The notes beneath the pieces are model-generated. The model was given only the letters and a program-made list of their open reading frames with translations, was not told where the DNA came from and ran no database searches. From Craspedostauros australis (taxonomy: Eukaryota): a DNA stretch of 37,544 nt. Positions 1 to 11,837 of this stretch are shown here, piece after piece. Made by a program: the position numbers and the translations under genes. The stretch covers positions 1-37,544 of the forward strand of contig JALAGF010005391.1 of NCBI GenBank assembly GCA_030167865.1, given 5' to 3'. The first letter of the stretch is position 1. Each line of letters opens with the position of its first letter.

Positions 1-1
1 G

Positions 2-1782
2 ATGACCCACCCACATGCATGTGTCGCCACGATTGACCACAAGTGCAAGCTCCTCCCCACCGCGAACAAAGAGACCCAAAGTGAGTTCTTTGGAAAAGCA
101 GGAATGTCACTTCTGGGTGTGATGACAGTCATCTTCACGGATGGAAGATTTGAACATCGATTCATCGACCTGCTCATCGAGGGACGTTCTACACAAGACA
201 CTCTACAGGTTGCTGGTGCACTGAAGCTCCTCCTCAGAGACATTCTACCCAAACTACACAATGGTCTCGAGGAGGTCATCTTTCAGAGTGACAACGCCAG
301 CTGCTTCGCAAGCCCGTCATCCATCCGACTGATCCACGGTCTCAACAGAGGTGAGCATGGGGTCGCATTCGACATGAAGGGGTATGATAAGAAGCACCCC
401 ATTGCTGCTATCAAGCTCAATTCCAAGTCCAAAACCGAAAGCAGCATGACAATTGCTGTCAATAGCATCAACGCTGTCACAACTACCACATCTACAAGTA
501 CAGCTGATGACACTGCTGCTACCGCAATAGCCACATCTGCAAGTACAGCTTGCGGTACCAAGGCAACCAAGAGGACAACTGTTGGCATCATCACCAAGGT
601 CAAAAAGAGTACGAAACGCCCAATCAAGGCCAAATGTGAACGGAAGGTGAAGAGGGCTGTGGGAAGGAAGTCTGTCGCGAAAACGCCAGAACAGAAAGCA
701 CGAGCAGGGAGAAAGGCGCAGAGGGAAGAACACAAACGAATCAAATCTAACGCGTTTTTGGCCGCGAAGCGAAAAAGTGAGGACCAAGCCATCAAGAACC
801 GCGGATCAACGCCACCATCAAAACTACCCAAAATCACACAGTGGCTGTTCACAGAAGCTCAGACCGGCAAGAGTCCAGTGGATGGCCANTTTGGTATCGT
901 GGGCAACGTTCTGAGACGAGCCATCAACCGCACAAAGGGCGCAAAGGGGTTGACAGAGAAAGGTATCTACACCAACCTTGTCAAGCACAAAATCAAGGGG
1001 ACGATCACCGTGCTTGCACATGCTGGCAAGTTGAAGGGCACCACCGTCATGCAATCCGATGGACTCGAAAACAAGCCATTTCGAACAGAAGAGATTCCCT
1101 GCCAAGATGTGCATCAGGTGGACTTTCGCAATGACAGCGCTGTACTCACAGCATCCTCTGGTGTCACCGAGCCAGAGATCATCGATCAAGAAAGCTGGAC
1201 AGCTACGACATCCAAGATCTGCAAATACACTTCGAAAGCGACGAAATCAAAGAGATCGAGCCTGCCTTTGTGAAGACGCCAGGCGAAGCCAAGTCTCCAC
1301 CAACATACACAACACGCACGTCACGCGCTCGCGGCAAGCCTGATACTCCAAAAAGTGCCGTTCTTCGCGATCTTGTCACAAATTGGGTCTTCGATTTCAT
1401 CTCGCAGCCACGCCCTGGCGACGAAGCCAACACCGTCACAGTTGAGCAGAAGGTCGAGGCTCCTGACTTTGTCGAATCGGGTTGGGCAATCACGTACACC
1501 AAAAAGGCGAGTACGAAAGCATCCACGAAGACAGCATCCAGGAAAGCAACTGCAAATTCATCATCATCATTGGCGTCATCATCGGCGGCATCATCTGGAT
1601 CAGCATCGCCAACTGTGAAATTGTCATCGAAGCCACCTGCCAAATCAACCGTGGAGGTTGCGGTATTGTTGGAAATCGCACCGCAGACTTCGGTGCGCAC
1701 AAAAATCCGACGTATGCACGACAGACGACCAAAGTCTACCCAAAGTCTGCCCAAAGTTAGACTTCTGAAAACGCAGTCCTGA
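2..1782 (+). mobile_element. DDD/E DNA-transposon transposase, Sola3-like (tentative); 5'-truncated by the window and frameshifted near 1270
   Basis: ORF 2..1273 has IDHKCKLLP...KETQSEFFGKAGMS, FQSDNASCF and WLFTEAQTGKSPVDG. These resemble the D..MK.LP...RE.Q..WFGK.G.S / SDNA.CY / E...GK...D motif series I recall from eukaryotic cut-and-paste transposases. Overlapping ORF 1270..1782 continues with a GWA motif typical of that family's C-terminus. The superfamily assignment is from memory. Confidence 0.55.
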
Positions 1783-3483
1783 GTTTGATTGGCACAATAG
1801 TGTACATCGTACTTAGGCACACACTCGGTTGCACTGTTCCAAGTTAAGATNATACNTCCATCGCATGTTCCTCCACCATAAAATCACCTGAACTGNTTAT
1901 TGTAGAGTATACTTGATGGCAAAGAGCATCAATGGCCTCCTTCTCGTTGCTACATTCACACTTCTTCCAACAATTGACATCGTTGAATGGAATAACACGC
2001 ACGCCAGTCATTGTGAGATGCCTGCTTTAAGGTTGGCTATTCGTTGGAAACAAGTAATCGAGACACCTATGCGATTCATGATATTGATAGCGTTGAAGAT
2101 GTTTGCAATCAGAGTTCTATCTTCGAATACTGGACATGTAAACCACCACCCGGATCGGTCAGCATTGATCATGGTATTGAATCTACTATAAATATGGAAC
2201 AACTTGTGCTGCATTCGCTCTCTGACATTTGACAAGTGAGCCATTTCGGATGTTTGTCACGGATATTCTCTGCACGTTTTCTCTTTGTTGCAACATGGAC
2301 GAGATACCAGATTCCCCATACTATATGAACTATGGAGAGAGATGCTGTAACAGAAATGCAATACCCTTGCTGCCTGCGATCGCCCGGTGATGAATTGTAT
2401 TCCAAATCACAAGATACACGAAGCACAGCGGGTTCCACTCTATCCCGATACCCCTTTTGTCTGGCGTAATCGTTGGCTGTGGTCGCAACAGTTCGCGGCA
2501 GTCACCGATTCACAGGCACACTACATGTTCGTAGATTCCATGTAGCTTTGACATTGCCGATGTGAGATTGCATGATTGTACGACCACATGAGAAAGTGCG
2601 TCTGAACAGGTCTTGTTGCTAACACACACCACATCACACGTAACACACAACGCAAGCGCACCACGTTGTAGTGCCGAACAAACATGCCCGTCACAGAATT
2701 TGTTCCTTGCTGATGGTCATTATGTGTGGGCATTGATGGTAGCGGAGATACACGCAATGAACATAAGTGTTGTCACAAGCACCTGTTGTGACCATGACAA
2801 ATGCCTCGTAGTCGTACATCTGCGAACAAAATTCCAACTTAGTACGTCAATGTACAGAAAGACGGTCATTCTTCGCCGACAGAAGTTCGCACAGCGACCA
2901 CCACTTCTGTCCGTTACCATCGAGCCAGTGTCAAGTTCATGCACGCGTTGTTGGAGAATGGCTGTCTGCTCCTTCGTGTTTCTTGGATGTGTGTGATGTT
3001 GGTGTGCCGCGCCTTTCCAACACCCTGCGTGGGGAAGACGATGTCGTTGCAACATCCGACCAAAGTCGTACCTCCGTCGGATCATGTCATCNNNNNNNNN
3101 NNNNNNNNNNNNNNNNNNNNNNNNNNNNNNNNNNNNNNNNNNNNNNNNNNNNNNNNNNNNNNNNNNNNNNNNNNNNNNNNNNNTTTTTCCATGTTTCGAA
3201 GGCGCAACTTGCCACCCCCCTCTGCGATCACTCAGAATGATTAGTTCGCAACTAGACACATAGAATGACCAAAGGAGGCCTCTCCTATCACGTAATGGCA
3301 CTTTTGTTGCCATTAATATTATAGTTATCTCTACAGGGGGTGTCTAAATTGGTGTGATTAGCCTTACTTCTAGCAAAAATGTCAATTACGTCATTCACAT
3401 GTCAGACATACATCATACCAATGTATGATGTTTGTCAGCTGATTGCATACTGACGTCGGATGTTGATCAGCTTGCTGTGCATG

Positions 3484-3987
3484 CTGGTCCGACCAACGTC
3501 GTACGACGTCGNCTGGACCTCATAGCGACGTGACTGTTTGCCACAACAACGCACTTGTGTCTGTCTAGTGCGGAAACATGCCTGCATACACAACATCAAC
3601 GAAGCAACGACGTCCATCATCCTCAAGGCAACAAACGAGTTGTTCTTGCGTGAGACATGTCCGTTCTGTTCCACACCAAAGAAGGACAACAATTAATCAT
3701 TCACATCTCGNNNNNNNNNNNNNNNNNNNNNNNNNNNNNNNNNNNNNNNNNNNNNNNNNNCTGGTCCGACCAACGTCGTACGACGTCGACTGGACCTCAT
3801 AGCGACGTGACTGTTTGCCACAACAACGCACTTGTGTCTGTCTAGTGCGGAAACATGCCTGCATACACAACATCAACGAAGCAACGACGTCCATCATCCT
3901 CAAGGCAACAAACGAGTTGTTCTTGCGTGAGACATGTCCGTTCTGTTCCACACCAAAGAAGGACAACAATTAATCATTCACATCTCG
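3484..3987. repeat. 227-bp direct duplication (3484-3710 and 3761-3987) on either side of a 50-N gap; probably an unmerged assembly overlap
   Basis: The two copies are identical apart from one N and both abut the gap. Confidence 0.85.
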
Positions 3988-6916
3988 CCATCACCGCAGC
4001 GGAGGATTCGCCATACACAAGGTTGAACAGAAACTGACATTCTCTTGCGGTTTGACATTCGACAGCAGTCATGGCAAACCAACAGAAGTAAAAATGCTTT
4101 ATCTTTACGACCAGATAGTTTGCATTGTTTTCTGTCAATAGTCATAGGTCTGCAGTGGTGGGCGACCCCTGTTTGCGCACGTCATTTCGGCGCAGAACGA
4201 GGGTTGCTCAGGAAGGGCTGAACTGCGTACGTGTCTGCGAACTGGGCGCTATCAAACCAACACCAGAAATGGGGATTCGTGGAACATCTATCGTCCACAA
4301 CACCACACGAGCAACATTGATTACCAACAGATGAATTACCAGGCAACTACATTTGCGGTACGGCTGCGAATGACACCCCGAGCAGCACCTCTCCAGCAAT
4401 GCTGTACTGTAGATACGATTAATAGTATTCTGGTGAAATGATAGTACCGGATGACACTCATGCTACGAGACACCGTGATGAACACGACAGTGCACTGGCA
4501 CCCTCGCGACTCCTGTTGTGTGCATTGCCGTCCTCAGTCGCACAAGATGTTCCGCCCGCAGGTGTCGTTGTTGCCTGTTTACGCAGACAATTTCGCTTCC
4601 GCAGATGATAGCACCATGGCGGTCACAGTGACATTCCCCCTACCGCTGATGCAATGGCTGTTGTGTGGTTCACTCAAGAATGATACAAGCATTGTGCGGG
4701 TACGGTTTGACTTGACATTTCCTCTGTGTTGTGTAAAGACATTTTTGGTCCGGCAAAACCACGGTCCGATTGCATGACGTTTTGCGTTTCGCTCGATTTG
4801 CTTGCTCGATGGATTGTGGCACAGCATCATTCTACGCAATCATTGGTGCGGTGGCAATGTGCGTTCCCTCAGACATGGTGTGGTTGGCCACACAGAGAAC
4901 TCCTATCAATCGACACATCGGATGATGATGGTGTTGTTGATGTCGTGGTGGAAATCATGAAACACATCCTACTTTGGTCAGCAGTTCGAAACCAGGAATC
5001 TGGGCTAAAACTGATTTCCGTTGAACGGACAAACGAACATGATGTAGGACCAACGTTGGATAACGTGCTATTTCACAATGTCCGATATGAGCACAACTGT
5101 TAACTAAAGTACGATCAATGTGTATTCAAAATCGGACAATACGGCATAATGTCCGAAATACGGTGCGATATCCCGACAATACCGCAACCTCCGTGACACA
5201 CCCCAATGTGTCGTCCTCTTCGGAATCCAAACCATTGTGGGCATCCGAACAAAAAATCAGGATGATGTCGCCCACAAAGAAGAAGAAGACACCACAGCTA
5301 TCTGAAAAGGTCCGAAAAGCTGCGTGCGAGGTAATCCAAGAATGCAAAGACAGGACCGACAGGATCACGTCGTATGCTGTGTTCGAATGGTTGATGGAAA
5401 GGGTAATGAAATATGATTGGGAGCAGAGAGTGTCGATCCAAGCCTCCTTCTTCAAATCATTTCTGAGAAGTGGCGAGAAGAACGCCGAGTCCTCCACAGA
5501 ATAGAATAATGCCCAGAAACAAGGAATGCGATAGCAGACTATCGCATTCTGCTTCTGAACGTACTCCCGATATACTCTGGTGGTGTGCTCTACTCGCATC
5601 GTAGTCACTCCCTTCTCGTATCATATCCATACTATAATCGCACCATACTATATTCGCACTATACTCGCAGCTCCATACTCGTGAACTCGTCGTGCGACAT
5701 GGTCGTCGCCAGATCTCTCTACAACACTCCATTCTCCATCTGCGCACTTCTGGAACAGGAACAGGCACGAATCGCGAGCGTCTTCACGCCATACCACGTC
5801 GCCTCCGCCGTCGCAAAGACAGTCGGTTGTATCCACATTCACATCCATATCTAGATCACTTCCGCGCATAACAGATATTGGGGTGGCGCTGCCCATAGCA
5901 TTCAAGAGAGGTACGCTCTTCTTGCCTTGCTTCCGACACTACGCTGATACTCTCTGGGCGCGCAAGCAGCGACTCATCGTAAACATTGTCGAATCAACTT
6001 CATGATGAATAATCGGCGCAGACGTCGACGACAGCATGATGAAGTTTGGCATCCGCTCGCGACCTTCGCAATACGCAAAGCTTGGATCCGTGCCTCCAAA
6101 CAAACGAGAAGAAGATCCTGGGCCCAGCCACCTTTGCATGCTACTTCCTCAGTGGAGGGTTCCATGATGGTGGCAGCCAATGTGTCGCCTGATGTGCAGC
6201 TGAGATATTTGTGGAGGCATGTCGACTACCTTTTCAGCATCGTCGTTGTTGTGATCTTCGTTGTTTGTTGTGGTGCGTGCGTTTATGTTGATTTACGCAG
6301 CCTGTTCCTCCCTCCGCCATGCGCGTTTGTGTTGTTGTGCCTTGTCTGATGGCTGCGCTTTGCGTGTCCACCATTTAGTGATGAATGTCGTTTGTTGCCG
6401 ATAGATAGACTCTACGCCATCGATACGACATGACTCATTCATGAATGCGATCACAAAGTGAGTAACAGAACAAGCACACCACAACGACAGAGGCAACGAC
6501 GACAATGTCGGATCATGTATGCAGGCAAACCGAAGTTGTTTCTGATATGTGATAAGTGTAATAGAGCTAAACTAGCAGTTAGGCTAAGGAAGGATTTCCT
6601 GGAACACATGACTCGTTTTCCCACGAATCCGTCTGAACCACGTTTCGGACATAACCACGTTTGGATTTCGCACAAGTCTTCGAAGAAACTCTTTGAAGTC
6701 CAGGACCCATGGAAAAAGGGTCCCCATGACTAGGGACACGCGGCAAAATGTCTGGCACGATCAAAAAATCTCTTGCCTTAAACCAAATAAATAGCTTCGG
6801 CGTCTTTTGATATGTTNNNNNNNNNNNNNNNNNNNNNNNNNNNNNNNNNNNNNNNNNNNNNNNNNNNNNNNNNNNNNNNNNNNNNNNNNNNNNNNNNNNN
6901 NNNNNNNNNNNNNNNN

Positions 6917-6982
6917 GTCGGGAATGTCGGGTGCGTTGTCGGGAATGTCGGGCGTGTTGTGGCGATTGTCGAGAATGTCGGG
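6917..6982 (+). repeat. Subterminal tandem array of GTCGGGAATGTCGGG-type units, emerging from an N gap
   Basis: gtcgggaatgtcgggtgcgttgtcgggaatgtcgggcgtgtt...gtcgagaatgtcggg. Confidence 0.85.
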
Positions 6983-7612
6983 AGTCTCGGCACCAGACAT
7001 CCGCGCCTGGATGGGCAGAGTTCACGGGGAACGGACAGACGAAACAATCGAAGAACGAAAAACGCGTGGTGGTAACAAAGGAAACAGACACACACGGGAC
7101 GAAACCGACACACTCGCGATCATGTTGTGGATGTGTACTTGACTGCCACAAGTTGAAGCACGACTGGATATTTTGAACTGCAGCTGCCCCTTTGCGTCCG
7201 CATGCCAAACGTTTCTAGTCATAGGCTACAACGAAACAATAACTTTGTATGTACAAGTCCCAGGAGCTTAAAAATTTACGAATCTACTCTATACACCATA
7301 ATAGGATGATATAAGTGCTTATATTTATAATATTACAATCACTACATGAGTACCCTGCATTTCATACATGGACTGTGATGTGATGCGAGGCGACATGGTG
7401 TGTCGTTGTTGTGGTGTCAAGCGAAAAAGCTGCCCGTTGTTTGTCCAAACCGCGAATCCGCACGGCAACAACAGACAACGCGCTCATCCCATTTCGGTGG
7501 CATTTTGTGTGTGTTCGGCTTGAAACTTCATGGATCGTAACAGCACTCACGCTCCGCCAACGTCATCCAAACAGATTGTCAACTTTGGTCGAGTATGTCG
7601 ACTGTTGTGTGA

Positions 7613-7735
7613 GGAATGTCGGGATTGTCGGGANTGTCGGGAATGTCGGGCGCTTTGTCGGGAATGTCGGGTGTCTTGTCGGGAATGTCGGGTGCTTTGT
7701 CGGGAATGTCGGGAGCTTTGTCGGGAATGTCGGGA
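7613..7735 (+). repeat. Array of 9-bp (TGTCGGGAA) and 21-bp (TTGTCGGGAATGTCGGGNGYY) units
   Basis: About five 21-bp units preceded by 9-bp units, seen directly. Confidence 0.9.
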
Positions 7736-8127
7736 GTTTATCTGTTACGACTCAAGGTTCTCTCAAGGGAGTAATTGACGCAATACGCGGCAACGATGTA
7801 TGACCAATTCATAATATCATGATAGTAGGTTACTTAACACGTTTCCGGTTGTAGCAAATCCCGACTTTCTGCCGAGTGTCCTAGGTCACCGGAACCCCTC
7901 CCTACCAAAAACTTGATGCCGATACAAGATTGCTGGATCCACGGTACAGTTCCACGTGGGAATACACGCAAGATGACCTTCGTCCAGCTTCCGACTCCAT
8001 GAAGGAAACTCTCCCATGGTACTGGAGCTACGCAAACCCTACGCCCGTTTTCTGACAGCAACCCAACAAAAGGGCCCNNNNNNNNNNNNNNNNNNNNNNN
8101 NNNNNNNNNNNNNNNNNNNNNNNNNNN

Positions 8128-8534
8128 ACGCGCTCATCCGATTTGGGTGGCATTTTGTGTGTGTTCGGGTTGAAACTTCATGGATCGCAACAGCACTCAC
8201 GCTCCGCCAACCTCATCCAAACAGATTGTCAACTTTGGTCGAGTATGTCGACTGTTGTGTGAGGAATGTCGGGATTGTCGGGAATGTCGGGAATGTCGGG
8301 CGCTTTGTCGGGAATGTCGGGTGTCTTGTCGGGAATGTCGGGTGCTTTGTCGGGAATGTCGGGNGCTTTGTCGGGAATGTCGGGAGTTTATCTGTTACGA
8401 CTCCAGGTTCTCTCAAGGGAGTAATTGACGCAATACGCGGCAATGATGTATGACCAATTCATAATATCATGACATTATTTTACTTAACACGTTTCCGGTT
8501 GTAGCAAATCTTGACTTTCTGCCGAGTGTCCCTG
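8128..8534 (+). repeat. Second, slightly diverged copy of about 7478-7883, including the 21-bp array (about 8263-8385) and the right TIR
   Basis: Colinear with the first copy but with scattered substitutions (cccatttcgg/ccgatttggg, ctcaagg/ctccagg, gatagtaggtt/gacattatttt) and a different right flank. Confidence 0.85.
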
Positions 8535-8763
8535 GAGGATATGCACGTTCGACTCCTCACATCGCAACGTTGCGTACAATCGAAAAACTCTGAATACTCT
8601 TGTTTGTTGGAGATGAAGACCTCCTTATCCCGTGAGCGTACACGCACATTCTCCCAACAATGAGATGTTATTCCCCTTTCGTAATCACTCTGCTTCAACA
8701 TGCACTCCAATGTTTGAACCGCACTGTCTAGCCGATCTATTCTGCCATACGCACATACGCCAG

Positions 8764-9861
8764 CTACTTTGCGTTCGCACATGCTTCATGAGCCAAGCCA
8801 AGCAGGCTGATCACGGCGCAGTCGCTGCGCAAGGTTCTCGACCCCAGCGTCACCTGCTGGAAGCCAAGGCTCTGGAATGTATCGAGCTCGTCCGGCTCAA
8901 CCCACCCGCCTTCAGGGCCAACCGCCACCACGATTTTGCGCGGCTTGGACGTTCCATCAGCTTGCTCAGGAAATCTCGTTTGCATCATGCGTATCGGTAC
9001 GATGTCGCTGTCGGCGCGCTGCGGATGCGCAATGACGCGCGCGTACTCGTCCAACGGGAACAGCTCATCCAATTGATGATTCAGGAGGCCGTTCAGATTC
9101 TTCACGACCTGCAGGTCTGGCAATCGCACGTCTCCTGCCTGGCACAGCCCTTCGATCAGCTTTTCTCGCATCGCCTCTGGCTTGCGGAACAGGTGCGATC
9201 CGAAGTAATCCTTCGGCACTTTTCCGGCCTGCGTCAGGATGAGACGATCGACGCCCATCTGCGAGATCATCGGCAGCATGCGTCCCAGCTGCAACGGCCG
9301 CGGCAGGGCCAGGATCAAGCTCACGCTGGGCTTTGCCAGTTGTTCGACGTCGGGTTTGAGGTTGCGCAGTTGTAAACGCAACGAACCAGGTGGATTTCCG
9401 TTGCCCAGCGGTTCGGTCTTCTTCACCTTGCCTTCGGGGATCCATTCGATCTCGGCATCGTCAGTGAGGTATCCACTGTGATTGTCGGAGCTCACGATGC
9501 CGGCCCGCACCGTGTCTCCGTTGTGCAAGCCCAGGATCTTGGCGACGTGGATGGTGCGGTAGTCATCTTTGGGCAGCACGACTTGGGCGTCTATTGGAAG
9601 GCTGCCATTTGAGAGTATCTGCTGCTGCTGCTGCTGCTGCTCGGGAGTATCTAATTCCGCCGTATCGAACAGAAAGCGATTCAGATGCAGGGCTGTCGAT
9701 GATCGGTAGAACCGTCTGGATAGCTGTACTCGTATGCTGCCGCCATCCAAGCTTCTGTGACAAAACCCCTCGACGAAAGAAAAGCTGACCCGCCGACCGA
9801 TTATCAAGGGCAACATCAGCATCACTGCTCCGGCCTTTCTCAGAGACGGAAGAAAAGCCAT
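8764..9861 (-). CDS. rsmE: 16S rRNA m3U1498 methyltransferase RsmE (SPOUT family), nucleus-encoded and probably organelle-targeted
   Basis: SLILALPRP...ISQMGVDRL, IEGLCQAGD, VAVGPEGGW and VTLGSRTLRSDCAVISLLG are RsmE hallmarks. The start is placed at the ATG at 9861 (MAFLPS...); the N-terminal extension is presequence-like and includes a Q7 tract. Confidence 0.9.
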   Translation of the reverse strand: MAFLPSLRKAGAVMLMLPLIIGRRVSFSFVEGFCHRSLDGGSIRVQLSRRFYRSSTALHLNRFLFDTAELDTPEQQQQQQQILSNGSLPIDAQVVLPKDDYRTIHVAKILGLHNGDTVRAGIVSSDNHSGYLTDDAEIEWIPEGKVKKTEPLGNGNPPGSLRLQLRNLKPDVEQLAKPSVSLILALPRPLQLGRMLPMISQMGVDRLILTQAGKVPKDYFGSHLFRKPEAMREKLIEGLCQAGDVRLPDLQVVKNLNGLLNHQLDELFPLDEYARVIAHPQRADSDIVPIRMMQTRFPEQADGTSKPRKIVVAVGPEGGWVEPDELDTFQSLGFQQVTLGSRTLRSDCAVISLLGLAHEACANAK

Positions 9862-10553
9862 GCCTTCGGAGATGCCCGTTGATCTTGCGAGCAATGCAAG
9901 ATGAGTACTTGCATGTAGATACGCGTAGGTAGGTGGAGGATGCTCGTGAGCCTGGGTAATGAACCGTCTCCAGCTTGACGGACCTGTCTCTCTTGTGGTG
10001 TCGCCCATCATCTTCGTTGTGTTGCGATGATGATTCAAACACATCAACCACAACTGACACAAAATGAGTGGCTGGTATCTTCGACTGGTTCGACTAAATG
10101 TTTCATGTTCTTGGCGTGACGTTCCTGTCTACTTCCTTTCGGATAGCGTGGCGTTGTTCTGAATTGAAGGAGACCGAGGACACATGTGTGGTGCGAGTAT
10201 CTGAAAGTCACGCCCATGTTTTGGCTAGCGGAACCAAGTTGTCACTGCGGAGAGTGCTACACTCTCTCCACAGTACACTGTGAATGTTACCAAGCAGGAT
10301 CGATTTCCTTTGTGGGTCTGGGTTGTGGAATACTGCGCATTGGTCATCACGAGACGGAACATGACATCAAAGGAACTTCTCCTGGCCCCAACACAATGCG
10401 CTCACGTTCTGTGGAAATACCTGCTCATTGAGATATTACATTGACAGTTACTTGTACATGATGTGATAATGAAGTGGCACTTTTGGAATAGGCGTTGCCG
10501 AACAGAGATCGCGTGTGCGTACATGCGTGTGAGTCATCCCTCATGGAATGCCA

Positions 10554-11837
10554 TCATCGCATCGCAAATGCTGGTTCATCCAGGCGCCAGGTGTCTTTCA
10601 GTTGATTCCATCGCTTCAGATACTTGACGGGATCCTTGAGTTGATCCCCGTGCTCCCACAGCACGTGCTTCGGCGTGATGACGACCTCATGGACAGGCTG
10701 CGGACTGGAGTGCACGTAGTTGGCTGTGATGACATCTTCCGTGTCGTTCGATTTCATTCCTTTGCGATCAAGCTGGTCGGATGTGATGAAATGGGAAAGA
10801 TCCGGGCTGAGGAAGGACATCTCGCCTGCCACGTAGTTCTTGTTGACCATGTGGCGGCAATGGGATACCCCGACTCCACCGCAGCCCAGCCGATCCAGGA
10901 AGATGCCCCCGTACACGAATCGGTTGTAAGGATGCGGCATGAGCGACGTGTGTGTGAAGGCAAACCATCGCGGTGGGAACAGGATAGTGTCCGTGTCCGC
11001 TTTGGAGATGTAGTCCACGTTGATCGTGCCATCCTGCACCTTGGCGCTGGCCCATTTGAGGTATGTGTGGCTTTTGCCAAGCAGCTTGTTCTCCTTGACG
11101 TTGAGATACGTGATGTCATTCTCGATGATCTCATCGCTGGCATCCTGGTTTTTGCCGTTGCCGTTTGTGGTTGTGGCAGTTGGCGGGTCCAATGTCATGG
11201 GGCGATTGGGGTCGACATCATCCAGCAACTGCGTCGGAGCGTCCGGTTCCGTGGCGCCGCCCGCGACGAAAGTGTAAATGAGCTCACATTCCTCTCTGAT
11301 CTTAGCGTCGGATGTGTACTCGTGGATGGAGCATATGAGATTGGGTGTGCCCAGCTCTGGACGATCCTTGTAGTAGCTGAGGTAGGTCTCACGTATCGTC
11401 TGCCGCCGCAAGAAGTCCTTCTCACGCGCCGTGCACACGATGCCCCAGAGGAAACGTATCTTGGGCTGCTTGCCATCGATCGTGATTGGGTTGGGGAATG
11501 TCATCGTGGGCAGGACAGAACGTGAGTTCATGGGACGCTTCTCCGTGAAGAAGTACTGCGTCTCGCTGAACCTCAACGGGACGTAGGAACCATCCTGCTC
11601 TCTGTTGATCTCCAGGAAGTAACGCAGCTTGTGTATGACGCCAATGGCCAGGATGGTGTATAACGATAGAGTGAGGAGCGATCGTTTTCTTTGCTGCCGT
11701 TCCGTGGCCATGCACCTTCCTCTGGTTCCACCCATCTCGATCTCAGTTCCCTCTTCGTTGCAGCTGATGGCTCGTTCCACTGCGATACCGTTGTTCCGGA
11801 CTCTTTTCTTCAATGCAAACGGATTCAGCGCTCCCAT
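10554..11837 (-). CDS. Type II membrane glycosyltransferase, GT31 (beta-1,3-galactosyltransferase)-like
   Basis: A basic stretch followed by one hydrophobic helix (LLTLSLYTILAIGVI), then RRQTIRETYL, DITYLNVKEN...GKS, YISKADTDT (DxD), YVAGEMSFLSPDL and EDV. The start may be a downstream Met (MATERQQ). Confidence 0.72.
   Translation of the reverse strand: MGALNPFALKKRVRNNGIAVERAISCNEEGTEIEMGGTRGRCMATERQQRKRSLLTLSLYTILAIGVIHKLRYFLEINREQDGSYVPLRFSETQYFFTEKRPMNSRSVLPTMTFPNPITIDGKQPKIRFLWGIVCTAREKDFLRRQTIRETYLSYYKDRPELGTPNLICSIHEYTSDAKIREECELIYTFVAGGATEPDAPTQLLDDVDPNRPMTLDPPTATTTNGNGKNQDASDEIIENDITYLNVKENKLLGKSHTYLKWASAKVQDGTINVDYISKADTDTILFPPRWFAFTHTSLMPHPYNRFVYGGIFLDRLGCGGVGVSHCRHMVNKNYVAGEMSFLSPDLSHFITSDQLDRKGMKSNDTEDVITANYVHSSPQPVHEVVITPKHVLWEHGDQLKDPVKYLKRWNQLKDTWRLDEPAFAMR

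Larger units (their letters stand above)
6731..8534. mobile_element. Non-autonomous TIR DNA transposon (hAT-like YAGGG termini), with one left end and two right-end copies
   Basis: Left TIR TAGGGACACGCGGCAAAATGTC (6731-6752). The reverse complement of 8513-8534 is CAGGGACACTCGGCAGAAAGTC (18/22 match). A second right end lies at 7863-7883 (1-nt gap). Internal TGTCGGGAA arrays are present, with no credible ORF. No 8-bp target-site duplication was found. Confidence 0.6.

Noticed and set aside
3332..3350. TACAGGGGGTGTC as a Tc1/mariner or Harbinger terminus
   Set aside because: No inverted partner was found in the window.
3484..3987. Tandem duplication as a biological event, and the palindrome ACGTCGTACGACGT within it as a Helitron end
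   Set aside because: Identical copies abutting a gap point to an assembly artefact. The nearest CTAG is too far from the hairpin for a typical Helitron 3' end.
1800..6450. Short ORFs (for example 5118-5504, 2720-3313 and 4726-5103) as genes
   Set aside because: There are no recognisable motifs and many stops. This is probably decayed TE or intergenic DNA, though it cannot be excluded without a homology search.
7613..8385. GTCGGGAAT repeats as a CRISPR array or as a Cys-rich CRECRE / VGNVG repeat protein
   Set aside because: There are no unique spacers and no cas genes, and the context is eukaryotic. The peptides are simply translations of a tandem DNA repeat inside a TIR element.
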